A stretch of DNA of 64,000 bases from Polyangiaceae bacterium (GCA_044376115.1 JBILLK010000017.1:154501-218500); one strand, 5' to 3'. Counted from the first letter of the stretch, positions 20,119 through 30,342 are shown. Program-made: numbers and translations. Notes: generated by a model from the letters alone, not told the origin.

Positions 20119-22533
20119 TCATTCAGCGCACGGAGGCGTCACCTGAGCGCTTTCATTATTGTCTTCTCGACACTCGTGAAAGGTGATGTTGGCCGGGTCG
20201 AGGAAGATCCTGGCGACGAAGGTGTCCCCGCTCGAGGCGAGCGCCGAATCCACCTCGATGGACAGCACTTGGGTCTGACCAGGGAACAGGGAACCCGAGG
20301 TAGCTCCCTGACCAACCAGGACATCACCAAGAACCTTGTAGACGCGAATGATTACGCCCGCGGGGAGCGAGGCGAGCCCTTGATTGCGCACGCTCACCTC
20401 TGCAGTGAGCGGAGTCTCGCACGGGATGGCGAGCGAGAGCACGGCGTCGGGAGCATTGAAGATGCCTTGGTCTTGGACATTCTGACGGAAGTTATTGAGC
20501 CAAGGCAGGGTCCAATTCGAGGTCTCCTGTTGTGGGATTGAGCCGTAAACATTGGGCGCTTCACAGGCGTTGTCGCGGTCATCACAGATGTTGCTTACGT
20601 GATAGCTGTGCTGATTCCACAAGGTGCGCGTCCCGACCCAGGAGTTCGCAGTGTCGCCAAAGACCGAAAGCCCACGGTAAGACTGCGCAGCGGTGGGGCT
20701 CGGAGTCCACGCGACGCCGTTGACCACGGTTGGCATACCGGCGGCGTCCTTGCACCCCCAACCTGCCGCGCTCGGATCGGCGCCGTTGGAGACCATCACC
20801 AACTCGGAATGACCGTTACCATCGACATCCGCAACGAGAGACGCCTCGGTCGCGGTGAAGGAGGTGGTTGATGTAGCAAAGCGCACAGCCCCCGTCTGCC
20901 CGTCGAAGACCCAAAGGAAGCACTCGTCTGCGTAGATGACCTCTGCGCGCCCGTCCCCTTCGAAGTCGAACACGCTCGAGCCGGTGACCGACGAAGAAAG
21001 GTCGTGATTGGGGGTTTGCCACAACACACTGAGGCCCGCTTGCAGGTCCACCTCGACGACCGAGTAGAAGGTTGCTTTGGCCACTCCGATCTCGGGCATA
21101 CCGTCCCCGTCGAAGTCGGCGACGGTGGGCGGGCCACCGCTCCCCGTACCTGGTAGTGCCAACGGCCCCACCAAGGTTGCGCCGGTGGCAGCGTTCAAGA
21201 TCCAAAGGGACCCTCCAGCCACGTGCACCACCTCCGGGACGCCGTCGGCATTGAAGTCTCCGATACCCGGGTAGCCTTCCGCTAGGTCGGTGCGGTTCCA
21301 GAGCGTCGTGCCGTCGGCGCGATAGGCCGACTTACCGGCCAGGAGCTCGAGCTGGCCGTCCGGGGCGCCGTCGAGGTCTACGAACGTCGAGAGCGCATCG
21401 AACTGACGACCGCCGATGCCGTTCGCCCCCGTCCAAGCCAGCGTTATCGCATTGTCGGTAGTACGAAAAACCGTGGCGCCGTAAGCGATCTCCGGGAAAC
21501 CGTCCCCGTCCATGTCGGCGACCGCGAGGCCTCCGCCCCAACCGAAGGTACCGTGGGATACCTGTGTAAGCGGGAGGTTGCTCGTACGCTTGACGACCCC
21601 TTGATCGTCGAGCAGTACGATGTAACCCTCGCCGGTCACCGCCACGATATCCATGCGACCGTCGGCGTCGATGTCTCCGAGAGCCGTGCTTACGCCGGAG
21701 AAGCCAATCGACGTCTCTGACGGTTTTTCGACAGACCAAAGTTCAGCGCCAGTGCGACCGTTGAGCAGCCTCAGCACTCCGCTCTTGCACGCTGAGACGG
21801 CGCCATTGGTACACTGACAACACGTGCCAAGACCGGTATTCGCCTCGATAGCGCGCCCCGAGACAAATAGGATATTCGGCGGGTCCAACACATCAACGGC
21901 ACCGTCACAATTGGCGTCATACAGGCGACCGACGGTGGGGGTGGACCAAACGTCGAGATGCTCTGGAGCCACGAGCGATGAGCCCCATTGATATTTAAGC
22001 TCCGCACTCAGCTGGCCAACGGGTGGAAAGTACTCGCACGCCGGCAGGCATCCTTCTGGTTGCCCGTTCTCGTCGCAAGCCGCCGGCGCCTCGAGGCATT
22101 TTCCTGCAACTGGCAGCGGTTCACTGCAGCCACCGCCAGCGCCCCCTTGACCGCCCGAATTCTCCCCCAACGCTGTCTCACAGTATTCTCCGGGCTGGCA
22201 GTCTGCAGCCGTGGTGCAGTCATCGCCCGGCGCCACACACTTCTCGAAGAGGCACACCTGCGCGGCATCACAACAGACGTTGCCGCAAGCCTGAGCTTGG
22301 GTTGGGCAACACACACCGTCGAGGCACACGCCTCCGTCACAATCGCCTGAATCGATGCAGCCGGTAAAGCCGCCGGCGCTGCCACCTTGGCCACCGGACG
22401 CTCCTTGACCGCCCAGACCGCCACTCCCCCCACCGGCCTGCCCCGCTCCCGCACCGCCACTGCCAGTCTCCCCGCTACAGGCGATAAGAATTGCGGCCAA
22501 CGAAGTAGCGAACGCACCGAACTGTAATCGCAT
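20119..22533 (-). CDS. FG-GAP/VCBS-repeat lipoprotein with Cys-rich N-module and C-terminal CARDB-like domain
   Basis: Lipobox LIAC, Gly linker, repeated D-x-D-x-DG-x-x-E/D (GDIDADGRMDI, ADMDGDGFPEI, ADFDGDGMPEI), VRNQG...ECREDNN. Confidence 0.88.
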   Translation of the reverse strand: MRLQFGAFATSLAAILIACSGETGSGGAGAGQAGGGSGGLGGQGASGGQGGSAGGFTGCIDSGDCDGGVCLDGVCCPTQAQACGNVCCDAAQVCLFEKCVAPGDDCTTAADCQPGEYCETALGENSGGQGGAGGGCSEPLPVAGKCLEAPAACDENGQPEGCLPACEYFPPVGQLSAELKYQWGSSLVAPEHLDVWSTPTVGRLYDANCDGAVDVLDPPNILFVSGRAIEANTGLGTCCQCTNGAVSACKSGVLRLLNGRTGAELWSVEKPSETSIGFSGVSTALGDIDADGRMDIVAVTGEGYIVLLDDQGVVKRTSNLPLTQVSHGTFGWGGGLAVADMDGDGFPEIAYGATVFRTTDNAITLAWTGANGIGGRQFDALSTFVDLDGAPDGQLELLAGKSAYRADGTTLWNRTDLAEGYPGIGDFNADGVPEVVHVAGGSLWILNAATGATLVGPLALPGTGSGGPPTVADFDGDGMPEIGVAKATFYSVVEVDLQAGLSVLWQTPNHDLSSSVTGSSVFDFEGDGRAEVIYADECFLWVFDGQTGAVRFATSTTSFTATEASLVADVDGNGHSELVMVSNGADPSAAGWGCKDAAGMPTVVNGVAWTPSPTAAQSYRGLSVFGDTANSWVGTRTLWNQHSYHVSNICDDRDNACEAPNVYGSIPQQETSNWTLPWLNNFRQNVQDQGIFNAPDAVLSLAIPCETPLTAEVSVRNQGLASLPAGVIIRVYKVLGDVLVGQGATSGSLFPGQTQVLSIEVDSALASSGDTFVARIFLDPANITFHECREDNNESAQVTPPCAE

Positions 22534-22572
22534 AAACGCAGGTTAGGCGCTTCCGACCAATTGCCCTAGCGT

Positions 22573-23517
22573 TTACTCGTTTGTGGTTTGGGACATGTGG
22601 AACTGCGTTAGGCCCTGCGCCACCGCAAGTGCGAAGGCGTGACGCACGTCGACGTCCTCCCAGCGTCTCGCCTCGCGCGGGTCGAGGGCGTTGTGCGTTT
22701 CGATGATGATCGACGGGATGGTTGGTTTACGTAAGACAAACACGCGCTTCTTGGCCTCATGTCGGTCTACGAACAGGCCTGCCGCGGCAGCATCTGCGGC
22801 ATAAAGGTTCAGGTACTCTTCGCCGCCATATGGGCTGAAGTTGGCGGCGAGTAGCCCCTTGGCCAGCGCGCTACCGAGCGAGCGTCGCGCCGTGACCAAT
22901 TGCGGCTCAGCCTCATCGCTAAATAGCACACTAAAACCAGGCGCCTCCTCACTCCACTTGCAGTCCTCAGCTCCGTTCGGCCGCCACAGCTTCGCCTGAC
23001 CCCGAATGTCTGAGTGCAAGCTGATGAACGCGTCAGCGTGCAGCCGCTCGGCCATGGCGACTCGCTCGGCGTAGCTAACGAGCTCACTGCCGTGACGACT
23101 TAGCACGACGTCATATCCTTCGAGTGCTTCGAGTGCCGCTTCGAGATCGTAGGCGAGCGCGAGCGTGAAGTCCTGCTCTGCGATGCAGTAGCAGGAGGTG
23201 TTGCCGGGGTTGTCTTTGGCGCCGTGACCAGGATCGATAACGACCAACAGACGCCTGCTGGGCAGCTCAGGTGGAAGCTCTTGCGGCTGCAAAAAGGCTG
23301 GCTCGCCCTGCGCCTGGAGATCCGGCGGCTGCGCGCTCGCCAAGCTGGCGGAGCGGTGCGGCGTTGCTTCCGGCTTGCTTGCGCACTGCGCCGTGGCCAT
23401 GAGCCCCAACGCAAGAAGCCGCGCAACTGCACGGACAAATCGTCGGTTGGGTACCGCGGCACAGTTCAACGTCGCGAGGGTAGCGCTAGCAGCGAACGAA
23501 GTTGACTTATCGGGCAT
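22573..23517 (-). CDS. N-acetylmuramoyl-L-alanine amidase (Amidase_3)
   Basis: VIDPGHG, EQDFTL, FISLHSD, IIIET; true start may be downstream. Confidence 0.88.
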   Translation of the reverse strand: MPDKSTSFAASATLATLNCAAVPNRRFVRAVARLLALGLMATAQCASKPEATPHRSASLASAQPPDLQAQGEPAFLQPQELPPELPSRRLLVVIDPGHGAKDNPGNTSCYCIAEQDFTLALAYDLEAALEALEGYDVVLSRHGSELVSYAERVAMAERLHADAFISLHSDIRGQAKLWRPNGAEDCKWSEEAPGFSVLFSDEAEPQLVTARRSLGSALAKGLLAANFSPYGGEEYLNLYAADAAAAGLFVDRHEAKKRVFVLRKPTIPSIIIETHNALDPREARRWEDVDVRHAFALAVAQGLTQFHMSQTTNE

Positions 23518-23570
23518 ATGAGCTCCGAGGGCTCAACCACCAAAGCGAGCGTTCAGTGATACAAGACGGC

Positions 23571-23975
23571 ATGGCACACTTCCCACGCATACCGTGCATC
23601 TTGCTGCTGGCCCTTGCGGCCTGCGGCACCATCCCGGAAGGAACCTTCAAAGCCGACCCGGAAGGGCGGCAGGTAGCCCGCCCAGCGGGCTCCGAGTCGG
23701 CTCCCGCCGACAGCGCCGTTTGCGACGGTGGCCCCGTCAAACCGCCCGCTGGAGCACAAACCGGGCGCTACAAGGTCCGCGGCTACACCGCAGACCGCTC
23801 GCAGTTGCGGTTCTTTCTCGAGCCGCGGTCTGGCGGCCAAGGCACCATCGAGGTCGAGGCGGAGAGCGAACTCATCGCCAACCTGCTGCTGCGCAATGAC
23901 GGCGCCCAAATCGAGGTTGGCTTGCGCGAGCGTGAGGGCTGCGTCGCCCAGGTGGTCTTCTTACGATCGCAGTGA
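23571..23975 (+). CDS. Hypothetical lipoprotein
   Basis: MAHFPRIPCILLLALAAC lipobox. Confidence 0.65.
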   Translation: MAHFPRIPCILLLALAACGTIPEGTFKADPEGRQVARPAGSESAPADSAVCDGGPVKPPAGAQTGRYKVRGYTADRSQLRFFLEPRSGGQGTIEVEAESELIANLLLRNDGAQIEVGLREREGCVAQVVFLRSQ

Positions 23976-23980
23976 GCCGT

Positions 23981-24868
23981 TTACAGCACCATCGTGCGCC
24001 GGCCCTCGACGATCACCCGCCGCTCGACGTGGGCTCGCACCGCACGCGCCAGCACCACGCGCTCGACGTCACGGCCGACTCGCACCAGCTCCTCAGGGCC
24101 CATGCCGTGCGTTACGCGTGCAACGTCCTGCTCGATGATCGGCCCCTGATCGAGATCCTTGGTCGCGTAGTGGGCCGTGGCGCCAATCAGCTTTACGCCG
24201 CGAGCGTGCGCTTGGTGGTAGGGCTTCGCTCCCTGAAACGCCGGCAAAAAGCCGTGGTGAATGTTGATCACGCAGGGTGCCTGCTGCAGGAACTCATCGG
24301 TTAGCACTTGCATGTAGCGAGCGAGGATCACCAGATCAACGTGGTGACGCTTCAACTCAGCAAGGATCTGCTTCTCTTGAGCAGCCTTGGTTTCAGCGGT
24401 AACCGGTAGGGCGACGAAGGGGATTCGGAAGCTGTCCGCCACCGACTCGAGATGCGAGTGATTGGAGATGATGACCGGAATCTCGCACTGCAATTCGCCG
24501 CTGCGTTGGCGAAGAATCAAGTCGTAAAGGCAGGTTGGGTCTTTGGTTACCAACATGGCGACGCGTGGCAACACGTCCGCGTAGCCAACGCTCCAGGAGG
24601 CCGAGAGCGCTTCTCCCAGCGCATTGAAGGCCTTCTCGAGAGCCTTGCGATCAGCGGAGCCGCCGAGCTTCTCCGCCGCGCCGGGCTTTGCCAAGCCCGC
24701 AAGATCGACCACCAAGCGCATAAAAAAGCGTGGGGCTCCCTCTGCGTGTACGTCGGTATGGTTCGACGCGTCGAGGATGTTGAGCCCAAGCTCATAGAAG
24801 AAACCCGAAAGTCGAGCAACGAGGCCGGGTTGATCAGGCGCTGAAACGAGATAGGTGGCGGAACTCAC
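23981..24868 (-). CDS. purU: Formyltetrahydrofolate deformylase
   Basis: ACT domain (APDQPGLVA), ILARYMQVL, INIHHGFLPAFQGAKPYHQA, GATAHYAT, DQGPIIEQ; GTG 24868 with GAGG. Confidence 0.95.
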   Translation of the reverse strand: MSSATYLVSAPDQPGLVARLSGFFYELGLNILDASNHTDVHAEGAPRFFMRLVVDLAGLAKPGAAEKLGGSADRKALEKAFNALGEALSASWSVGYADVLPRVAMLVTKDPTCLYDLILRQRSGELQCEIPVIISNHSHLESVADSFRIPFVALPVTAETKAAQEKQILAELKRHHVDLVILARYMQVLTDEFLQQAPCVINIHHGFLPAFQGAKPYHQAHARGVKLIGATAHYATKDLDQGPIIEQDVARVTHGMGPEELVRVGRDVERVVLARAVRAHVERRVIVEGRRTMVL

Positions 24869-25079
24869 CGCCGCCTCGTCATCCAGCTCGCACAGCGCCG
24901 CAAGTTTTTGCCAAGCCGCGCGAGAATCTTGCGCAAAGTGCAGGGATTGCGTCCCGTCTGCTCGTCCCGAGTCGCAATCCGCGCAGTTGTCGCGGATGAC
25001 ACGCGGATCGGCTCGAGCGGCCGGGCCGGCGCGTTCCTTGCTGTTCGCGGCGCAGGAGGCTTCGTTGATCAAACTTGCG

Positions 25080-25535
25080 ATGTCGCGCGAACTTCGCGTT
25101 CGCGATGTGATGAGTCCGGACGTATTGGCCATTCCTTTCAGCAGCACCCTCGCGGAGGCTGCGACGCTGCTATTCGAGCGCGGGGTAAGTGGAGCCCCGG
25201 TTTTAGGCTCTAACGGTCGCATCCTCGGGGTCGTCTCGCATACCGATCTCGTCAATCCTAGGCACCACGCGGCAGTGCTCGATCGCGCTAGTGCGGATAA
25301 CCTCGCCGTCGCCGAGGCGATGACCCGAGTGGTCTTCGCGGTTCAGCCCGATGACCCGCTGATCAGCGCTATTCGCCTAATGGTGGAGGAGAGGATCCAT
25401 CGCGTGCTCGTAACGGACGAGCACGGCAAGCTAGCTGGGATCGTGGTGCCGATGGACATCCTGCGCGAGCTCTCCCGGCGCAGCGCTGAACACGCCGAGA
25501 ACGTCGGGTTCAAATACGTCGACCTGCGTCAGTGA
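25080..25535 (+). CDS. CBS-domain pair protein
   Basis: VRDVMS...SGAPV...GVVSHTDL and VAEAMT...IHRVLV...GIVVPMDIL. Confidence 0.9.
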   Translation: MSRELRVRDVMSPDVLAIPFSSTLAEAATLLFERGVSGAPVLGSNGRILGVVSHTDLVNPRHHAAVLDRASADNLAVAEAMTRVVFAVQPDDPLISAIRLMVEERIHRVLVTDEHGKLAGIVVPMDILRELSRRSAEHAENVGFKYVDLRQ

Positions 25536-26620
25536 GCCGCTCCGCGCTGCGGCGGGCCAAAGACCTGGGCCGGATCGACGCCCAGACGCTGCAGTGCCCA
25601 CGTTAGCGGCTCGCGATAGTTGGTCGTAACGCGCAGATCTCCGGGCCCCTCCAGCGCTGCTTCTGATAGGCCCGGCCATTGCCCGACGAAGGGAGCCCAG
25701 GGCAACTGCCCGCCGAAGAGCAGCATCGCGCTGGCACGACCGTGATCCGCACCGAGCGACACGTTCTCCTGAACACGACGACCAAACTCCGTCATCACCA
25801 AACAAGTGGTGTGATCCCATCCGTCCCCGAGCGCCTCTCGGAGGGCAGCCAAGCTTCGAGCGAGATCGCTAACTCGATCACAAACCAAACCGGCTTGAGC
25901 GAAGTGTGTATCCCAGCCATCCTGGTCGATCGTCACGGCAGTGAGCCCCAACTCCTCACGGTGATTGAGCAACTGGGCCGCAGTCGCCAAGCCCTTCCCT
26001 AGCGCCGTATCGGGAAAACTCCCAGCGGGCTGCGGTGCGCCCGCTAGCCGGCGCAGCGACTTGAGCGCACTCACCGAGCTCGTGGCCCCCTGGCGAAGCT
26101 CTCGCTCATCGCTCGAGTCATCGAGCTGCGCATAGAGCGATAAGATTCCATCGAGCTGGTCGTCGTCGGGAGTGCCACTCACCAGCTCGGAGATATCGCT
26201 GACTGCCGTCGCGGCAAAGCCCCGGAGAGCCTCAGGGACAGCGTGCCCGATAGCGATGGCGGCGAGCGAGCTCGGCACAGCGTTGACCCGCGCCCGCAGC
26301 GCTCGCGCGAGCCAGCCATCACTTTGCCCTGATAGCTCCATGAGATCCTGCGCCTCAAAGTGCGAACGCGTCTGGTCTTCCGACCCTGCCGCTAGCACCA
26401 CCGACATACTGCGGTCCTCGAACCAACCGGCCAGCGGGGCAAAGTCGCCATGCAACCCAAACGCATGGCCTACGTCGAGCGCACGCCGCTCCCGCTCAGA
26501 CGCGCCGACCCTCAAGGCGAGGGAGGGCCGCATTCGGTAGTAGTCATCGTCGAAGAGCGGCGGCACCAGCGACAAACCGTCAGCTCCGCCCCGCAAGTAT
26601 ATCACCACGATACTATGCAT
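25529..26620 (-). CDS. DUF1501 domain protein
   Basis: LRGGADGLS, RSHFEAQD, GWDTH, TEFGRR, GADHGRA. Confidence 0.92.
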   Translation of the reverse strand: MHSIVVIYLRGGADGLSLVPPLFDDDYYRMRPSLALRVGASERERRALDVGHAFGLHGDFAPLAGWFEDRSMSVVLAAGSEDQTRSHFEAQDLMELSGQSDGWLARALRARVNAVPSSLAAIAIGHAVPEALRGFAATAVSDISELVSGTPDDDQLDGILSLYAQLDDSSDERELRQGATSSVSALKSLRRLAGAPQPAGSFPDTALGKGLATAAQLLNHREELGLTAVTIDQDGWDTHFAQAGLVCDRVSDLARSLAALREALGDGWDHTTCLVMTEFGRRVQENVSLGADHGRASAMLLFGGQLPWAPFVGQWPGLSEAALEGPGDLRVTTNYREPLTWALQRLGVDPAQVFGPPQRGAAH

Positions 26621-26621
26621 A

Positions 26622-28073
26622 TTAGTACCTCTGAAAGGCCGGGCTCGAGAGAGCCATAGCCACGATTGATGGAGCTGAGGCTGGCCTGAGCAAGGTCTCT
26701 TCCTCTAGCTTGGAGGGTGACCGCCCAAACAAGTGCGCGAGTACGCTCGTCGCCCCGGCCGCGGCACAGCCGGAAGACAATGCTTCGAGATCAGGCTCCA
26801 CAGCCTCGAGGCTGCCTTCGGCGAGCGCCCGGCCGAATTGGAAGCGTGGCAGCAGCGAGGGTAGATAAGCGAGCCCGCTCTGCGGGTAACCGTCGGGTGT
26901 TGGCCAACCAAAGGGTTTATGCCCCATACGTTCGAGATAGTGGCTAACGCTGCCATCGGCCAACGCAGTAACCCCGAGGGCGCGCAAGGCAGAGACCACG
27001 AAACGAAACGGCCGCTTCACTTTCTTGCCCGCGTAGAGCGGAAATCCTTCGTCGAGCAGCAGGCGCTGCGTGACGGCTCGCAGGTCTCCTTCGGTTGCAA
27101 GGTAGGTATTGGCGGCGCCTTCAATCAGCTCGCGAGACGGGTCGTCGCAGATAAAGGTCTTCGCCAATCTCCGCGCGACGTTCCGCGCCGTACTTGGATG
27201 ATTGACCAACAAATCAAGCAGACGGTCGAGATCGAGCCGGCCGCCGCCGGCAGGCAAGGTGTGCCCCAAGATGCGCTTTTCCCCATCGTCATGGCGCGCG
27301 GCCACGAACTCGACGACGCCGGGGTTCCACGCGCTGCCCACGACGTAGCCAGTCAAACAGCGCGCTACCTCCTTTACGTCCTGCTGCGTATAGCCGCCGT
27401 CCACACCAAGGGTATGAAGCTCCAAAAGCTCGCGCGCGTGGTTCTCATTAGGAACTGCGCCGTGCTCGGCCGAGTTCTGCGCCCCATCCAGATAAACGAG
27501 CATCGCGGGAGACAAGACTGAGGCGGCGAGTAAATCGCGGAACGGCCCAAGCACGTGCTTTCGAACAACGTCGCGACGGTCGGCTGGCAACAGATGACGA
27601 CAATCTCCCTTGGCCACCGCCACATGAAAGTGGTCGGAGAAGGCCTCGACCAATACCTCGTGAAGCTGCCGCTCGGACAGAAGCGCAGACGTGACTGCGT
27701 GGTGAATCAGCTGACGCTCGATCTGCTCAGGCGGAAGCTCGTACAGCGTTGCAGCATCCAAGTGCATGACGTCGATAGCCGATACCTTGAGCAGGCTGGG
27801 CAAGCCTTCATCGAGCTTCGGGTCGAGCTGCTGCTCAAGGAAGGCCTCGCGACCGATGCGACGCACCCGGTCGAGGTCCCCCGGTCGCGGACCGAAGGTC
27901 ACCCGCGAAAGGAAGTGAAAGTCGGGGTCAATCAGGGCGGAGTCGGCGACGGAGAATTGCTCGGGGATGCTGCTTGCGCGCAACGCCTGACGCAGCGCCG
28001 AGATGGTCTCGCAACCCGTCGTTAGCAGCGCACCGCCGAGCGCCCCCAGCGCAAGGAAATCCCTGCGTTTCAC
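26622..28073 (-). CDS. DUF1800 domain protein with Tat/lipoprotein signal
   Basis: KRRDFL...LLTTGC; RVTFGP, PAMLVYLD, NENHARELLELHTLG, YTQQDV. Confidence 0.92.
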   Translation of the reverse strand: MKRRDFLALGALGGALLTTGCETISALRQALRASSIPEQFSVADSALIDPDFHFLSRVTFGPRPGDLDRVRRIGREAFLEQQLDPKLDEGLPSLLKVSAIDVMHLDAATLYELPPEQIERQLIHHAVTSALLSERQLHEVLVEAFSDHFHVAVAKGDCRHLLPADRRDVVRKHVLGPFRDLLAASVLSPAMLVYLDGAQNSAEHGAVPNENHARELLELHTLGVDGGYTQQDVKEVARCLTGYVVGSAWNPGVVEFVAARHDDGEKRILGHTLPAGGGRLDLDRLLDLLVNHPSTARNVARRLAKTFICDDPSRELIEGAANTYLATEGDLRAVTQRLLLDEGFPLYAGKKVKRPFRFVVSALRALGVTALADGSVSHYLERMGHKPFGWPTPDGYPQSGLAYLPSLLPRFQFGRALAEGSLEAVEPDLEALSSGCAAAGATSVLAHLFGRSPSKLEEETLLRPASAPSIVAMALSSPAFQRY

Positions 28074-28591
28074 CCGAGCTCCCAGCGATTGGTCGGGCTA
28101 AGCGTGGGGGCCGCGCGACGAGACGCTAATGCGGATAGAGCGCTGGCTCCGAGCCCACCCAAAACAGCTAGCGGCAAGACGATGAACCAGCCCAAGAACG
28201 GCAATAGGGAGGATAGGAGGATAGCCAACGCCCCGCGGCCCAGACTCTCGGTTGCCGGGCGCGCTTGTTCGACGTCAAGGCCGAGCCCGACGCGCAGGCT
28301 GCTAACCGATAGTCCAAACGCGATGGCTGCCCCTGTGAGCGCTGCCCACAGGAACGCCATCCCCTGTGCGAACGGCCCCAGATTGCTCAAGACCGCTATC
28401 ACCAAGATCATCGAAAGCGCGATCGGCAACGCGATCAGCACGGAAGCGAAGGGGCGTTGTTCGAGCACCTCCGCCGCGACACGCACCCTCGAGCGGGCCA
28501 GGGCAAACACCAAATAGACAGCGCCCATCAGGCTCGCGAGGGACCCAAGCAGCAGAGCAACGAAAAAGAGCGTACTTCCGAAGTAAGGCAT
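28070..28591 (-). CDS. Integral membrane protein (about 5 TM)
   Basis: Hydrophobic, LPFLGW motif; GGAGG RBS; GTGA overlap with the DUF1800 gene. Confidence 0.75.
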   Translation of the reverse strand: MPYFGSTLFFVALLLGSLASLMGAVYLVFALARSRVRVAAEVLEQRPFASVLIALPIALSMILVIAVLSNLGPFAQGMAFLWAALTGAAIAFGLSVSSLRVGLGLDVEQARPATESLGRGALAILLSSLLPFLGWFIVLPLAVLGGLGASALSALASRRAAPTLSPTNRWELG

Positions 28592-28656
28592 CTGCCCTCC
28601 TCTCGACTCTTCGTTCGAGGGCACAGACTTATTTCAACGGCCTACGCTTTCCGTCT

Positions 28657-29421
28657 TCAGTAGCGCACACCGAAGCCACCGAAGACCCCCTGCTCGCCCC
28701 CTGGACTGCCCTCAAAAAAGAAATCGAGGGATTGCGGCAGCAGAAACACGGCACCCAGGCTGCCCTGGACGTGGAACTTGTCGGTTCCTACGATCGTCTC
28801 GTCGTTTTGCACCCACAACACCGGCCCACCGAAGACGCGCAGGGCGGCGTAAGGGCTAAACCAGCCCGCAAAGGTCTTGCCAACCGAGCCGCCAAATCGG
28901 AAGTCGATACCGTAGTAGTCCCCGCGTTCGCTGTTGCGCATGGTGCGAGTGCCCAACCCTCCGAGTGTGGTCGACAGCACGACGTAGGGAACGTCCGCCG
29001 TTTCATTCAGCACACGCCAGGAAAGCCCAACCGACGTCAGCCAACCTGGGCCCATTGCGTAGGGCGTTCCCCCGGCGTCCAAACTCCCCGTGAGGAAGGC
29101 GCCGGCCGCGAGGGTGACGGTGAACTTCCCCGCATAGAAGTCGTTGGTCGCGACGACCGAGCCGTGTTCGAGCGTGGCCTCTGTCTCACCGTCGAAGAAC
29201 ACCAGGGTCGAGCGCGAATACCCGCCTGCCAAGGCCGTACGCCCACGCGAGGGGGAGGAGCTTTCACTCTTTTCCCCGTCCTCCGAACACGAAATGACTG
29301 CTCCCGTCGCACCGACAGGCGCTGAAACGCCTCACGCGTGAGCGACCTGCGGTCTCGCCCAGATTGCGCACGTGAGCGAAGCGAGAAGCGGAAGCCCGAA
29401 ACGGTTGGTTAGCGAGAGCAC
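28657..29421 (-). CDS. Putative selenoprotein: outer-membrane beta-barrel-like protein with in-frame TGA (29334-29332) directly after the signal peptide
   Basis: ORF 28657-29232 extends in frame upstream through one TGA to MLSLTNRFGLPLLASLTCAIWARPQVAHA-U-GVSAPVGATGAVISC; C-terminus GGFGVRY; SECIS-like hairpin follows. Alternative ATG at 29439. Confidence 0.72.
29300..29322 (-). promoter_or_regulatory. Candidate bacterial SECIS element
   Basis: mRNA after UGA: GGCGUUUCA-GCGCCUGUC-GGUGC-GACGGGAGC; 6-bp upper stem, loop starting GG, 18 nt between UGA and loop. Confidence 0.6.
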
Positions 29422-29526
29422 GCCGCGAGTATCGCCCATCAGCGCGGCGAGCAGGCAGCTTTAGTTGATCGGCAACAAGGTGTACGGGATAGGCATGCGA
29501 CGGCCAGCCATGCTACCAAACGTGGA

Positions 29527-30342
29527 GTGCGACCAACGCGGGAACAGCTCTCGTCGCTATCACCCAACGAGCGCATCACCTTTGAGATCGCTGACTTCCT
29601 CGCACGCCCGGAGCTCGCACCGCTGAGCGCTGGCTGGACGTCCGCCGTAACTGGAGGCGTCATTTGGACCTGTGCGGGGCGCAGGCTCAATATCGTTGGG
29701 CTGGAGCACGTGCAACGTTTCCACAAGCGGGACTCGTTCGTGCTGGTGGCGAATCATCGCTCCTTCTTCGACTTCTTCATCATATCGGCGATTCTCTATT
29801 GGCGTACCAACGTGTCCAAGCGGATGTTCTACCCCACGCGTGGAACGTTTTTTTACGATCAGCCTCTCGGTACAGCCGTCAACCTGGTCATGAGCGCAGG
29901 GCGCATGTTCCCGCCGGTGTTACGAGAGAAAGAGAAGCGCTCCTTTAACCGCTATTCGCTTGAACGTTGCCTCGAAGAACTCAACGTCCCCGGGACGATC
30001 CTCGCTCTTCACCCCGAGGGGACCCGCAACAAAGGGAACAATCCTTATCAACTGCTCAAGGCTCAACCTGGAGCAGGCCGGCTTGCTCTTTCCGGCAAGC
30101 CAACCATACCGGTCTTCATTCTCGGTATGACCAATAGCCTAGGCCTCGAGTTCATCAACAATTGGGCGAGACCCGCGCCGAACCCAATTGATGTGTTCTT
30201 TGGACCACCGGTAGACGTTGCAGCTCTACAGGGCAAAGCCAGCCAACTGCGTGCGCAAGTCGAGGCTGGGGAGCGCTGCATCGAAGCGATTCGAGCGTTG
30301 GGCGAGGCTCAGAAGGCCTACGCCGTTAGACGGATACCCTAA
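29527..30342 (+). CDS. Lysophospholipid acyltransferase (PlsC family)
   Basis: NHRSFFD (HX4D) and HPEGTR motifs. Confidence 0.92.
   Translation: MRPTREQLSSLSPNERITFEIADFLARPELAPLSAGWTSAVTGGVIWTCAGRRLNIVGLEHVQRFHKRDSFVLVANHRSFFDFFIISAILYWRTNVSKRMFYPTRGTFFYDQPLGTAVNLVMSAGRMFPPVLREKEKRSFNRYSLERCLEELNVPGTILALHPEGTRNKGNNPYQLLKAQPGAGRLALSGKPTIPVFILGMTNSLGLEFINNWARPAPNPIDVFFGPPVDVAALQGKASQLRAQVEAGERCIEAIRALGEAQKAYAVRRIP

Noticed and set aside
24869..25255. N-terminal extension of the PurU ORF
   Set aside because: Overlaps the divergent CBS gene; PurU homology begins at GTG 24868, which has an RBS
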